Shown: positions 1-9,319, counted from the stretch's first letter. The stretch: 43,853 bases of DNA from a virus (IMGVR_UViG_3300037473_000089:1-43853), one strand, 5' to 3'. Program-made: numbers and translations. The notes: generated by a model from the sequence alone, not told the origin.

Positions 1-127
1 AGGCCAAGAAAACGGGCGTGCCGAGCTACAACCCGTGGTGGACGACGATGTCGAACGCCGCCAGCCAGGCGCAGGCTCTGGAAAAGGAGCTTTGCCTCAG
101 CCCGCGCGAGCGCAACAGCGGCGGCAA
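1..127. repeat. Terminal direct repeat, copy 1 (identical to 43727-43853)
   Basis: Read directly: aggccaagaaaacgggcgtg...cgcaacagcggcggcaa occurs at both ends. A length of exactly 127 bp suggests an assembler k-mer overlap of a circular molecule. Confidence 0.95.
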
Positions 128-188
128 GGTTGAGAAGAAGGCTCGGCGGACGACCGGCGCCGACCGGTATCTGAAACCGCGTGGCTAA
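1..188 (+). CDS. terS: Terminase small subunit (P27-family-like), C-terminal part; continues from 43486-43853 across the circular junction
   Basis: The frame from ATG 43486 continues through the 127-bp overlap to TAA 186-188, giving 142 aa in total. The sequence reads ...KAKKTGVPSYNPWWTTMSNAASQAQALEKELCLSPRERNSGGKVEKK..., typical of P27-type TerS C-termini. It lies immediately upstream of terL. Confidence 0.8.
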   Translation, partial: AKKTGVPSYNPWWTTMSNAASQAQALEKELCLSPRERNSGGKVEKKARRTTGADRYLKPRG

Positions 189-1998
189 TCGCTTCCTCAG
201 CGAGCCTGATCCCACCACGGCGTGGGCGAAGGCGGCGCTGGAAGGCAAGATGTTCACGGCCGGCGAGCTTGTGAAGCACGCAGCCGAGCGTCACCTGCGC
301 GATATGCGCGACGGTGAGCGGCGCGGCATCTACTGGCGTCCCGAGGAAGCCGCCCACGCTCTGGAGTTCCTGCCTTCCGTCTTTCAGGTGACCGACGGAC
401 CGTCCGCCGGCCAACCGTTCTACCCGCTGGAATGGCAAACCTTCGTGATGGGTTCGCTGTTCGGCTGGCGCAACGCGAACAACCGGTGGCGCTTCCGTAC
501 CGGCTGGCTCGAAACCGGCAAAGGACAGGCCAAGTCGCCGCTGATGGGCGCGATCGGCGTCTACATCATGGGCTGGTGCGATATCCCGCGCGCGCAGTGC
601 TACGCGATCGGCGAGGACAAGAAGACCGCCAACGTCCTGTTCCGCGACGCGGTGGCAATGTGCCGGGCCACTATCCCGGAACACGAAGAAGGGGAAAGCC
701 TCGAAGCTCTCGAAGAAGTCGTCATCCGCGGCGAGCTCGAAAACGCCTGGAAGATCGAGCACCCGGCGAGCGGCTCGTTCTTTCAACCAATCGCCAGCGG
801 CGAAAGCCTGTCGGGGCCTCGCCCGAACTACGTCGCCGGTGACGAGATCCACGAGCTTACGGACGAGAACGTCCTTCAGACTTGGAAGCGCGGCATCGAC
901 AAGGTCGCTGGCCATGCGCTGATGCTGATGGGCACGAACACGCCCGCCACGTCGCAGCATGTCGGCACGTCGTGGTCGGAAATGTACCAGCAGATTGCCA
1001 AGGGCGAGGCACGCGACGACAGCGCCTTTGCCTTCGTTGCACGTGTCGACAAGGCAGACCGGGAAACGGTCTTTGAGAACGAGACGTGCTGGCAGAAGGC
1101 GCTTCCCGCGCTCGGCGAGACGTTCCCAATCGAGAATATCCGGGAGACGGTGGCCTCGGCGCTGCTCCGCCCTTCGACCAAGTCGAGCGTCAAACGCCTG
1201 TATTTCGGCATCGATACGGCGGCGGCCGACTTCTGGATCGACGAGGAGAAGTGGGCCGCGGTGCAGGGCCCGGTCGACGAGAAGCTGATGCGCAACCGTT
1301 ACTGCCGGCTCGCGCTCGACCTCTCGCAGAAGAACGACCTTACCGCCCTCAGCGCGGCATGGGAGCCGATCGGCGAGGAGCCAATCGCGGTGAAGAGCTG
1401 GTACTGGACGACGCGCGAAGGGCTCCTCACCCGCGCCGAGAAGGACAAGGCGCCCTATGTCGAATGGGTGGAGGACGGTTTCCTAGTCGCCACGCCCGGT
1501 TCGACCATCGATTATACGTTCGTGGCCATGCAGGTCGCCAAGCTCAAGGCGGAGCAGAACGTCCTGGAGTTGCTGGTCGACCCTGCATTCATCGCCGGTT
1601 TCATGGATGCTTGCGCGGAGGTCGGCCTCGAAGTCTGGCTCTACGGCGGCCCCGACAAGCCCGAGGGGCGCGGGCTCAAGATCGTTTCGCACGCGCAGGG
1701 CAAGCGGGTGATGTTCGAGGATCGGCAGCTGTGTATGCCGCATTCGATCACGCGCACCGAGGACGCGATCCTCGACGAGCGCATCATCATCGACAACTCG
1801 CCGGTGACGTACAGCTGCGCCGCGAACGCCGCGATCGACGAGGACGGGCAAGGCAACCGCTGCTTCGACAAAAAGCGTTCGCGCGGACGCATCGACGGCA
1901 TGGTGACCACGGCGATGGCCGTCGGTGCCGCCACGGCAATGCAGAAGCCGAAGAAGAAGTCCGTCTACGCCTCGCGCGGCATCCTGATGTTAGGTTGA
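181..1998 (+). CDS. terL: Terminase large subunit (HK97/Terminase_1-like)
   Basis: 605-aa ORF whose GTG start overlaps the terS stop. It has a Walker-B-like YVAGDEIHEL and a nuclease-type acidic motif LALDLSQKNDLTAL, and sits ahead of the portal gene. Confidence 0.9.
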   Translation: MANRFLSEPDPTTAWAKAALEGKMFTAGELVKHAAERHLRDMRDGERRGIYWRPEEAAHALEFLPSVFQVTDGPSAGQPFYPLEWQTFVMGSLFGWRNANNRWRFRTGWLETGKGQAKSPLMGAIGVYIMGWCDIPRAQCYAIGEDKKTANVLFRDAVAMCRATIPEHEEGESLEALEEVVIRGELENAWKIEHPASGSFFQPIASGESLSGPRPNYVAGDEIHELTDENVLQTWKRGIDKVAGHALMLMGTNTPATSQHVGTSWSEMYQQIAKGEARDDSAFAFVARVDKADRETVFENETCWQKALPALGETFPIENIRETVASALLRPSTKSSVKRLYFGIDTAAADFWIDEEKWAAVQGPVDEKLMRNRYCRLALDLSQKNDLTALSAAWEPIGEEPIAVKSWYWTTREGLLTRAEKDKAPYVEWVEDGFLVATPGSTIDYTFVAMQVAKLKAEQNVLELLVDPAFIAGFMDACAEVGLEVWLYGGPDKPEGRGLKIVSHAQGKRVMFEDRQLCMPHSITRTEDAILDERIIIDNSPVTYSCAANAAIDEDGQGNRCFDKKRSRGRIDGMVTTAMAVGAATAMQKPKKKSVYASRGILMLG

Positions 1999-2009
1999 AG
2001 GGAGACAAT

Positions 2010-3350
2010 ATGGCTTCTCCCGACGAGTATCGCCGCGCCGCGGGATACCGCCGGTCGACGGCCGCCGGAGTGACGTCCGTCCCGGCGCCGATCGGCCACA
2101 ATAGCGGTTCCGTCCATGCTGACTGGGCTTATCAGGAGAACCCCCTCAGCGAGGGGATCGTCTTCGAAGACCTGAATGACCCGCGTCTTTCGGCCTTCCT
2201 CGGTGGCGGTCGTCAGTCTGAAGCGGGCGTGTATGTCAGCGAGCGCCTCGCGCTGCGAAACAGCACCTTCTACCGCGCCGTGAACCTCATCTCCTCGTCG
2301 ATCGGCATGTTGCCCATCCACCTGATGCGCAATCTGGAGGGCGGCGACACCGAAGAGGCGAAGGATCACCCCTTCTACGCGGTACTCAAGCAGCGGCCGA
2401 ACGATTTCCAAACGCCGCTGGAGTTCAAGAGCCACATGCAGGCGGCGGCGCTGCTCGACGGTAACGCCTACGCTCTGGTCATTCGCGGCTTCCGCGGGAA
2501 GATCATCGCGCTTGTGCCTTTGAAGCGGGGTTCGGTAACCCCCCTCCTGTCCGACGATTTCAAGCTGACGTTCCGATACAACCGGCCGAACGGGGGCGAG
2601 ACGATCCTCGCCGCGACGGAAGTCTTCCATTTCCGCTCGATGATCAGTTGCGACGGCCTGCGCGGTATCGGCCTCCTCGATGTCGCCACTCAGGCGATCG
2701 GCGTCGCCGTGCAGGCTGAGCGGGCCGCAGCCCGGCTGTTCAAGCACGGCCTGATGGCGGGCGGTGCGCTGCAAACCGACAAGACGCTCGGCGATGAGGC
2801 GATCGAGCACCTGAAGGCGAGCTTGGAGGAGCGCTATTCCGGTGCGGGCAACGCGGCGAAGTATCTGATCCTTGAAGAGGGGCTGAAACTCACTCCCTCG
2901 ACTGCCACCCCGAAGGATTCGCAGCACCTCGAAACCCGCCAGCATCAGGATGAGGAAATCTCCCGCTTTTCGGGCGTGCCGCGCCCGCTCCTCATGCTCG
3001 ACGAGACGAATTGGGGCACCGGCGTGGAGGTGCTCGGCCAGTTCTTCGTCACATATTGTCTGCTCGCTTGGTTCGTCGCGTGGGAACAGGCGATCGAGCG
3101 CTGCCTTGACCCCTCTGAGCAGGGCGTTCTCTTCGCGAAGTTCAATGATGGCGCTCTCCTGCGCGGCTCGCTGAAGGATCAGGCCGACTTCTTTGCGAAA
3201 GCGCTGGGGTCGGGCGGCAGCCAGCCATGGATGGCGGCCAACGAGGTCCGCGGAAACTTCGACCTCAACAAGATCGCAGGCGGCGAAGGCCTGCCGCCGC
3301 GCACGTCGGCCAAGCCGGCCGACCCGCAGAAGGATCCGAACAATGGATAA
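2010..3350 (+). CDS. Portal protein (HK97 family)
   Basis: 446 aa from ATG 2010 with RBS GAAGGGAGA upstream. HK97-portal-like sequence (FYRAVNLISSSIGMLPIHL, DGNAYALV). The ORF-track extension back to 1086 overlaps terL and is rejected. Confidence 0.9.
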   Translation: MASPDEYRRAAGYRRSTAAGVTSVPAPIGHNSGSVHADWAYQENPLSEGIVFEDLNDPRLSAFLGGGRQSEAGVYVSERLALRNSTFYRAVNLISSSIGMLPIHLMRNLEGGDTEEAKDHPFYAVLKQRPNDFQTPLEFKSHMQAAALLDGNAYALVIRGFRGKIIALVPLKRGSVTPLLSDDFKLTFRYNRPNGGETILAATEVFHFRSMISCDGLRGIGLLDVATQAIGVAVQAERAAARLFKHGLMAGGALQTDKTLGDEAIEHLKASLEERYSGAGNAAKYLILEEGLKLTPSTATPKDSQHLETRQHQDEEISRFSGVPRPLLMLDETNWGTGVEVLGQFFVTYCLLAWFVAWEQAIERCLDPSEQGVLFAKFNDGALLRGSLKDQADFFAKALGSGGSQPWMAANEVRGNFDLNKIAGGEGLPPRTSAKPADPQKDPNNG

Positions 3351-4281
3351 GCCGCTTTCCCGGCCGCGCCCCGGCGCGGTGATTATCCCGCGTCCGGTTG
3401 GTGCCCAGCGCCCCCGGATCATGGCCCGCTCGCGTCCCGGCGTCCTGCCGGTGCCGGCGAACCGGGCGGTTTCGGCGCTGACCAAGCCGTCCGTGCGCGA
3501 ACGGTGGAACGAGGATGCGGCCGGTGTGCGCGCCGTCGCCAAGGGCGACAATGTGATTACGATGTACGAGGACATCGGCGAGGACTGGTGGACCGGCGGC
3601 GGCGTCACCGCGAAGGGCGTGACGGCCCAGCTCCGCGCGATCGGCGACCGCCCGGTCGAGGTTCAGATCAACTCGTCCGGCGGCGACATGTTCGAGGGCA
3701 TCGCGATCTACAACGCGCTGCGCGAGCACCCGCAGCAGGTCACGGTGAAGGTGATGGGCATGGCGGCTTCGGCCGCCTCCATCATCGCCATGGCGGGCGA
3801 CACGGTCGAGATCGGCGCGGCCAGCTTCGTCATGATCCATAATTGCTGGGTCATGGCCGCGGGCAACCGGCACGACATGGCAGAGATCGCCGCATGGCTC
3901 GCGCCGTTCGACGCCGCGATGGCCGATGTCTATGCGGCGCGCACTGGTCAGGACGCCAAGGCCGTCGCCGGATGGATGGATGCCGAGACGTTCATGTCCG
4001 GCAATCAGGCCATCGAGCGCGGCTTTGCAGACTCGCTGCTCGCTGCCGATCAGATTCGCACCGACGAGGCCGCCAAAGCCTCGGACCGAGCCATCAACGA
4101 AATTCGCGCGCTGGAGATGAAGCTCGTGTCCGCCGGCATGACCCGGACCGACGCTCGCGCGACGATTGCCAAGATCAAGGGCACGCCAGGCGCTGCCCAA
4201 GATGCCGTCGACACGCCGGGCGCTGCCGACCCTGACCTGACTGGCGCTCTCGCCAGCTTCCTCACGTCCCTGCGCTCATAG
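3343..4281 (+). CDS. Prohead maturation protease (ClpP/S49-like) with Ala-rich helical C-terminal (scaffold-like) tail
   Basis: Core INSSGGDMFEGIAIYNALREH...VMGMAASAASIIAMAGD...MIHNCW matches Clp-type phage proteases. ATG 3343 overlaps the portal stop, and the gene lies between portal and capsid. Confidence 0.85.
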   Translation: MDKPLSRPRPGAVIIPRPVGAQRPRIMARSRPGVLPVPANRAVSALTKPSVRERWNEDAAGVRAVAKGDNVITMYEDIGEDWWTGGGVTAKGVTAQLRAIGDRPVEVQINSSGGDMFEGIAIYNALREHPQQVTVKVMGMAASAASIIAMAGDTVEIGAASFVMIHNCWVMAAGNRHDMAEIAAWLAPFDAAMADVYAARTGQDAKAVAGWMDAETFMSGNQAIERGFADSLLAADQIRTDEAAKASDRAINEIRALEMKLVSAGMTRTDARATIAKIKGTPGAAQDAVDTPGAADPDLTGALASFLTSLRS

Positions 4282-4291
4282 GAGATCCATC

Positions 4292-5650
4292 ATGCGCAAG
4301 TTCTCGATGTCGGCGCTTCTCGCGGCGGCAACCCTCTTCCCGCGTCGCGCTGCCGCGCAGCCGACGCTCTCGCTCGCTGCGCCTTCTCTCATCGCGCCGA
4401 CCCCGCGTGCCCTGATCGGCACCGTCCGGGCCGACGTTTCCGACCCCAAGGTGCTGATCGGCCAGATCCAGACCGCGTTCGAGGAGTTCAAGAAGACGAA
4501 CGACGCGGCGGTCGGCGCAAAGGCGGATGACGCGGTCGTCACCGCCAAGCTGGCGGCGATCGAAGGCACCATCACCGATCTCTCGGCTGCGCTCGACGAG
4601 CACGCCAAGGCGGCGGCGGCGCTGAAGCTGAATGGGGGCGGCGGAAACGGCCGCGAGGTGCCCGACGCTGAATACAGCAAGCTCTTCGGCTCGTTCGTCC
4701 GCGATGGACAGCGCGAACACGAGGAGAAGCTGAAGTCGGAGCAGCGCGTCGGCGTGCGCGCGGCTATGTCCGAGGGTTCCTCGGCGGACGGCGGCTACAC
4801 CACGCCGGTTGAATGGGATCGCACCCTGACCGGCCGGCTGAAGCTCATCTCGCCGATCCGTCAGGAAGCGACTGTCCAGTCGATCAGCAAGGCGGGCTTC
4901 ACCAAACTGTTCACCGATCGCGCCGTCGGGTCCGGCTGGGTAGGCGAGACCGCATCGCGGCCTGCCACCAGCACCCCGCAGATGACGTCGCTCGGCTTCG
5001 CGCCCGGCGAAATCTATGCGAATGCCGCAGCGTCGCAGGATCTGCTCGACGACAGCGAGGTCGATATCGAGGCGTGGCTCACCGGGGAGATCTCGACCGA
5101 GTTCGCCCGCCAGGAGGGTATCGCGTTCGTATCGGGCGACGGCTCGAACAAGCCGTTCGGCATCCTCGGCTACCTGACTGGCGGCGCAGCTGCTGCTCGG
5201 CATCCGTGGGGGGATATCAAGCTGGTGAAGAGCGGTGCCACTGCGGCTTTCACTGCGGACGGCATCATCAGCACCGTTTACGCCCTGCCCTCGACCTACA
5301 CGCCCAACGCCAAGTGGTTCATGAACCGCAACTCGCTGGGCTCGGTCCGCAAGCTGAAGGATGGCCAGGGTAACTACATCTGGCAGCCGACCTTCGTGGC
5401 CGGTCAGCCGTCGACGCTCGCGGGCTACCCGCTGATCGACGTGCCGGACATGCCCGACCTCGCCGCCGGCGCCACCCCGGCGCTGTTCGGCGACATGCGC
5501 GAAACTTACCTGGTCATCGACCGGGTCGGCTTCCGCGTGCTGCGCGACCCGTACACGAACAAGCCCTTCATCGCCTTCTACTGCACCAAGCGTGTCGGTG
5601 GCGGCGTGAAGAACCCGGACTCCATGAAGGCGGTGACCATCAGCGCCTGA
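4292..5650 (+). CDS. Major capsid protein (HK97 fold) with N-terminal delta region
   Basis: 452 aa with a strong RBS AGGAGA 7 nt upstream. It has the delta-domain-like coiled segment QIQTAFEEFKKTNDA and an HK97-type body (GGYTTPVEW..., LRDPYTNKPFIAFYCTKRVGGGV). The first ~50 aa are unusually hydrophobic and signal-like. Confidence 0.9.
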   Translation: MRKFSMSALLAAATLFPRRAAAQPTLSLAAPSLIAPTPRALIGTVRADVSDPKVLIGQIQTAFEEFKKTNDAAVGAKADDAVVTAKLAAIEGTITDLSAALDEHAKAAAALKLNGGGGNGREVPDAEYSKLFGSFVRDGQREHEEKLKSEQRVGVRAAMSEGSSADGGYTTPVEWDRTLTGRLKLISPIRQEATVQSISKAGFTKLFTDRAVGSGWVGETASRPATSTPQMTSLGFAPGEIYANAAASQDLLDDSEVDIEAWLTGEISTEFARQEGIAFVSGDGSNKPFGILGYLTGGAAAARHPWGDIKLVKSGATAAFTADGIISTVYALPSTYTPNAKWFMNRNSLGSVRKLKDGQGNYIWQPTFVAGQPSTLAGYPLIDVPDMPDLAAGATPALFGDMRETYLVIDRVGFRVLRDPYTNKPFIAFYCTKRVGGGVKNPDSMKAVTISA

Positions 5651-5655
5651 TCCTG

Positions 5656-5679
5656 CTGGCCGGGCTTCGGTCCGGCCAG
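5656..5679 (+). terminator. Stem-loop just downstream of the capsid gene (possible attenuator or mRNA stabiliser)
   Basis: CTGGCCGG-gcttcggt-CCGGCCAG, an 8-bp stem 6 nt after the capsid stop, followed by ttcccc with no strong U-tract. Confidence 0.35.
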
Positions 5680-5711
5680 TTCCCCGAAGCGCCATGGCAG
5701 GAGACATCATC

Positions 5712-5960
5712 ATGGCCGAGACCAAGAACACCGCGACCGCCAACGAGGCGGCCGCCGCAGCCAACGTTGCGCCGGCGTCGACCTTCAGCCCGTCGGGTGC
5801 GCCCCACCAGACGACCGAGTTCGATCCCGGTCATCCGGCCGTCGACAACGACCCGCGCGCCGGCACCACCGCCGAGCAGAACCGGATCGATTTCAACGAT
5901 CCGCGCAGCGCGGCCGAGATCGCCGCAGAGCAGCTCGAAGCGCAGGCCAAGAAGGCCTGA
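5712..5960 (+). CDS. Small Ala/Pro-rich hypothetical protein (head module)
   Basis: 82 aa from ATG 5712, RBS AGGAGA 7 nt upstream. Low complexity, with no recognisable family. Confidence 0.45.
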   Translation: MAETKNTATANEAAAAANVAPASTFSPSGAPHQTTEFDPGHPAVDNDPRAGTTAEQNRIDFNDPRSAAEIAAEQLEAQAKKA

Positions 5961-6021
5961 TGCTGTCGGCGGCGGTTCCCTTCCCCGGCCGCCGCCGGCT
6001 TCTCTCCCCGCGAGGTGCCCG

Positions 6022-6573
6022 ATGAATGATCTCGTCCTCCCCCTCGATGCCGCGAAACTGCATCTGCGCGTCGATTCCACCGATGAGGACGATCTGATCA
6101 CCGACGCCATCCGCACCGCACAGGCGTGGATCGAGGAGAACACAATTCTGGTGCTGACGACCCGCGAAATGACCGAGACCGCGAACCATCTCGGCGGTCC
6201 GATCGATCTTCGCGCTTGGCCCGTCTCCAATATCACCAAGATCACCTATTTCGACCGATCGGGCGCGCCGCAGGAGCTGGCGACCGGGTCGTGGTGGGCG
6301 AACCTTTCCCGCCGCCCGGTGCGGCTGTCGCCCAGCTTCGGCACGCGCTGGCCGGCTTCGGCCGTCGCGCCGGGCTCGGTCGCGATCACCTTCACCGCCG
6401 GCTTCGACACCGATGATGAGATCCCGGCAACCGTCATGCACGCCATCAAGCTGCTGGTGAGCCACTTCTACACCAACCGCACTCCCGTTGCGGTCGGCGC
6501 CCGCGCCGCGGCGGTGGAGGTGCCCCTGACGATCGCGGACCTCGTCCGCAAATGGCGCCGGAAGGTCATTTAA
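6022..6573 (+). CDS. Head-tail connector (gp6-like / DNA-packaging QLRG-type family)
   Basis: 183 aa starting MNDLVLPLDAAKLHLRVDSTDEDDLITDAIRTAQAWIEENT, the typical N-terminus of gp6-like connectors. Position follows the capsid gene. Confidence 0.75.
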   Translation: MNDLVLPLDAAKLHLRVDSTDEDDLITDAIRTAQAWIEENTILVLTTREMTETANHLGGPIDLRAWPVSNITKITYFDRSGAPQELATGSWWANLSRRPVRLSPSFGTRWPASAVAPGSVAITFTAGFDTDDEIPATVMHAIKLLVSHFYTNRTPVAVGARAAAVEVPLTIADLVRKWRRKVI

Positions 6574-6920
6574 TGCCCCTGAACCCCGGCGATCTGAACC
6601 GCCGCATCGAGATCCGGCGCCAAGTCCCGCAGGACGACGGCCATGGCGGATTTCTGGATGGCCCCGCCACCTGGCAGCCTGTCGCGACCGTCTGGGCGGA
6701 GGTCATCGGCCTGTCTGGTCGCGAGTCCGTCATCCAGCACACGCTGCAAGGCATCACGGTCTATCGCATCCGCATCCGCTACCGGACGGACATCTCCGCA
6801 GCCGACCAGGTCCGATACAATGGGGCGGACCTTAACATCCGCTCGATCATCGATCCCGACGGCGGCCGGGAGACTCTGACCATCATCGCCGACACCGGCG
6901 GCGCGCAGACGACAGCCTGA
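6573..6920 (+). CDS. Head-tail adaptor / head closure protein (SPP1 gp16-like)
   Basis: 115 aa. ATG overlaps the previous stop (TAATG). DLNRRIEIRR...WAEVIGLSGRE...YRIRIRYR is typical of this family. Confidence 0.75.
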   Translation: MPLNPGDLNRRIEIRRQVPQDDGHGGFLDGPATWQPVATVWAEVIGLSGRESVIQHTLQGITVYRIRIRYRTDISAADQVRYNGADLNIRSIIDPDGGRETLTIIADTGGAQTTA

Positions 6921-6922
6921 TC

Positions 6923-7462
6923 ATGGCCGGGCGCGGCTTCAGCGGCCTCGACACGCTGTTCAACATGCTCGACCGCCTCCCGGCGGCCTCTGAGCAGGAG
7001 CTGGCGCAGGATCTGCCGAAGATCGGCGCGGCTGTGCTGCGCAACCAGAAGGCCGAAGTGCCGATCCGCACTGGTGACCTGTGGCGCGGACTTTCGGTGG
7101 CGGTGCTGGACGGCGGGAAGCGCATCCGCGTCGGCCTCGTCGGGATTACTCGGCCCAGCGGCAAGAACAACTACGGGGGCCTGTATTACGGCCGGTTCGT
7201 CGAGTTCGGCCGCCATGGGCAAGTCGTGCAGGTCGAGCGACGCCGTCGAGTCTATTCCCGAGCGCTCGGCCGCAAGATCCTTCGCACCGGCAAGGGCGGC
7301 AGGAAACGGGCTCAGGACATCGTGTCCCGCTACACCCTGCATGTGAAGCCCATGGCCGCCAGGCCTTACGTCTACAGCGCTACGGCCGAGGCGGCGGCGC
7401 TCGATGCAGGCGTGAACCTTGCCGATTTCTGGTCCCGCGCTCTCGCTCGCGCTCAAGGGTAA
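6923..7462 (+). CDS. HK97 gp10-like neck/tail-completion protein
   Basis: 179 aa. The pattern ...AEVPIRTGDLWRGL...FVEFG... and the position match the gp10 family. Confidence 0.6.
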   Translation: MAGRGFSGLDTLFNMLDRLPAASEQELAQDLPKIGAAVLRNQKAEVPIRTGDLWRGLSVAVLDGGKRIRVGLVGITRPSGKNNYGGLYYGRFVEFGRHGQVVQVERRRRVYSRALGRKILRTGKGGRKRAQDIVSRYTLHVKPMAARPYVYSATAEAAALDAGVNLADFWSRALARAQG

Positions 7463-7467
7463 TTTGC

Positions 7468-7872
7468 ATGGCCGATATGATGCAGGCGACGCAGGACGCT
7501 GTCTTTGCGGCGCTGGATGCTGCTCACAAAGCAGTGAACCCATCGCTCGCAACAGTCCGCCAGCACGTCCCCGAGAACACGCTGCCGCCGCTCGTCATCG
7601 TGGGAGACATGGACGCTGAGAATGTGGGCGGGAAGGGCGAGCGCACCGATAAGATCGTAATAGACGTCGTCTCGATCTACCGCGGCACTGCCCGGCGCGG
7701 CCTTCTCGCCATCATGGCGATCAATCGCGACGCACTCGAAGATCAGGAGATCAGCGCCCCCGGCGCCGCCTTCTCCACCCCTCGCTTCCTCAGCGCAAAC
7801 ACCGCGCTTGGCGAAGACGGCGCCACTTACGCCGGTGTCCAGCAGTTCGAAATCTACGCGGAACCGGCCTGA
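7468..7872 (+). CDS. Tail terminator-like protein (DUF3168-like)
   Basis: 134 aa (MADMMQATQDAVFAALDAA...LPPLVIVGDM...). Lies immediately upstream of the major tail protein. Confidence 0.6.
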   Translation: MADMMQATQDAVFAALDAAHKAVNPSLATVRQHVPENTLPPLVIVGDMDAENVGGKGERTDKIVIDVVSIYRGTARRGLLAIMAINRDALEDQEISAPGAAFSTPRFLSANTALGEDGATYAGVQQFEIYAEPA

Positions 7873-7892
7873 GCCGGCAGAAAGGAACGACC

Positions 7893-8333
7893 ATGGCACT
7901 CCAGCCTTCAGTCTCTCAGTACGGTAAGGACACGCGCCTCTACATTGGTGACGGCGCCTCGACCGAAGCGTTCAACCCGATCGGTGGCGAAACTTCGCTG
8001 AGCTGGAAGCGCTCGTCCGACGATATCGACCTGAGCTCCAAGGACGACGGACAGTACAAATCCGGCAGCTACGGCCAGCAGTCGATCACCTTCACCGTTC
8101 AGGGCAATGTGAAGCTGCCCGACGTCGGTCTCCAGGCGGCGTCGGACACAGCCAAGTCGGTGACGCCGGAGCGCAACATCCAGCTGAAGCGCGGCGCAGT
8201 CGTAATCTACTCCGGCCGCGTCGGCATCGGCAATTTCTCGGCCGAGTTCCCGAAGGACGGTTCGGCGACCTACAGCTTCGACATGAAGAATGTCGGCGCG
8301 CCGGCGGTCGACGATCTGGGTGCCGCCGCGTGA
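7893..8333 (+). CDS. Major tail protein (TP901-1/GTA-like)
   Basis: 146 aa. TRLYIGDGASTEAFNPIGGETSLSWKRSSDDIDLSSKDD resembles alphaproteobacterial GTA-type major tail proteins. Position is conserved. Confidence 0.8.
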   Translation: MALQPSVSQYGKDTRLYIGDGASTEAFNPIGGETSLSWKRSSDDIDLSSKDDGQYKSGSYGQQSITFTVQGNVKLPDVGLQAASDTAKSVTPERNIQLKRGAVVIYSGRVGIGNFSAEFPKDGSATYSFDMKNVGAPAVDDLGAAA

Positions 8334-8734
8334 CGCGTGTCGCGAAGAAGACGGCGGGAGCGGCCCCCAGCCGCTCCGCCAACAGGACGCGCGGTGAGTA
8401 CACGCTCACGCTCGGCGGGCGTCCGTATCTGCTCCGGCCGAGCTTCTCGGCGCAGGTCGCGATCGAGACGGCGCTCGATAAAAGCTATTTCGAGCTGGCC
8501 GCCGCGGCGCAGGTGGCCGCGCTGCGGATTGACCACGCCTCCGTAATTGTCACCGAGCTCGTCAACGCCGGTGCCGAAGACCCGATGGACAAGATCAGCG
8601 CCGAGCGTGCCGGCGAGATGATCTACGAGGCCGGTATGCCAAGCATCGCCCCGGTGCTCGCCGTGCTCCTCATCGACGCCCTGAGCGGTGGCCGCACCGC
8701 ATCGGGGGAAGCAAAGGCGGTGGCGACCCAATAG
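8330..8734 (+). CDS. Tail assembly chaperone (GTA g10-like, gene-transfer-agent family protein)
   Basis: 134 aa. YTLTLGGRPYLLRPSFSAQVAIETAL is typical of the GTA family protein located between major tail and tape measure. Confidence 0.75.
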   Translation: MTRVAKKTAGAAPSRSANRTRGEYTLTLGGRPYLLRPSFSAQVAIETALDKSYFELAAAAQVAALRIDHASVIVTELVNAGAEDPMDKISAERAGEMIYEAGMPSIAPVLAVLLIDALSGGRTASGEAKAVATQ

Positions 8735-8868
8735 AGGGGGACCGCTACCGCCGCCTTATGGGCGTCGCCCAGGACGCGTTCGGCTGGTCCGCCGATCAGT
8801 TCTGGGCGAGCACCCCTCACGAGTTCTGGTCGATGGTCGACGCGAGACTGGAGGCCACCAAGCGCTAA
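8704..8868 (+). CDS. -1 frame extension of the tail chaperone (rcc01693/g10.1-like segment), probably made by programmed frameshifting
   Basis: The frame -1 relative to 8330-8734 is open from 8533 to TAA 8866-8868 and encodes ...DRYRRLMGVAQDAFGWSADQFWASTPHEFWSMVDARLEATKR. Its only in-frame start is ATG 8758, which gives 36 aa. A G-run (TCG GGG GAA, 8702-8710) sits 24 nt before the 0-frame stop. Confidence 0.5.
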   Translation, partial: GGSKGGGDPIEGDRYRRLMGVAQDAFGWSADQFWASTPHEFWSMVDARLEATKR

Positions 8869-8905
8869 TTGCTTGGAAACTTCTCTCGGGATAGCGTCGC
8901 CCACC

Positions 8906-9319
8906 ATGAAGATGGTCCTCATCACGCTCGCCGTTGTTGCCGCCACGCCGGCTGCCGCCGCAGATCAGTTCGATCTGATCTGCAAGGGGGCGCAGGAAAG
9001 CGTCGATTCCCTCGGAAATCGCACGAACGTGCCAAAAACGTTCGAAATGCGCCTCGATCTCGCCGCCAAGCAGTACTGCGAAGATAGCTGCTCTGTTCTC
9101 GGCAAGATTAGCGAAGTGACCGAGCGTGCGGTGATATTCGAGCAATCGAAGAGCGAGCCGACGCCAGAGGGACCGGCCCGTTGGCACTATGTCAGCCGTG
9201 AGACGGGGAATTTCGTTTTTGCCACGTCAGACTATGGGACGCTGCGGCAGTTCTCGATCAAAGCGTCATGCGATGCAGCGCCGTTTCGAGGCTTCCCCAA
9301 GGCTGTTACGAAGTTCTGA
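8906..9319 (+). CDS. Secreted Cys-containing protein (moron inserted between tail chaperone and tape measure)
   Basis: 137 aa with signal peptide MKMVLITLAVVAATPAAAADQ and 4 Cys. Local GC is about 54% versus about 65% in the flanks (counted on 2 x 60 nt). It has its own terminator. Confidence 0.65.
   Translation: MKMVLITLAVVAATPAAAADQFDLICKGAQESVDSLGNRTNVPKTFEMRLDLAAKQYCEDSCSVLGKISEVTERAVIFEQSKSEPTPEGPARWHYVSRETGNFVFATSDYGTLRQFSIKASCDAAPFRGFPKAVTKF

Noticed and set aside
1-127. 127-bp end identity considered as biological direct terminal repeats of the virion DNA.
   Set aside because: The repeat cuts terS in the middle and is exactly 127 bp, a common assembler k-mer. The HNH plus HK97-type terminase context predicts cos ends in the HNH-terS spacer instead.
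1086-2009. N-terminal extensions offered by the ORF track, for example portal from 1086, tail protein from 13367, protease from 3193, integrase to 31589 and repressor to 38415.
   Set aside because: The extensions overlap upstream genes and are Arg/Pro-rich. Internal ATG/GTG starts have Shine-Dalgarno sequences or start-stop overlaps and give proteins of family-typical length.
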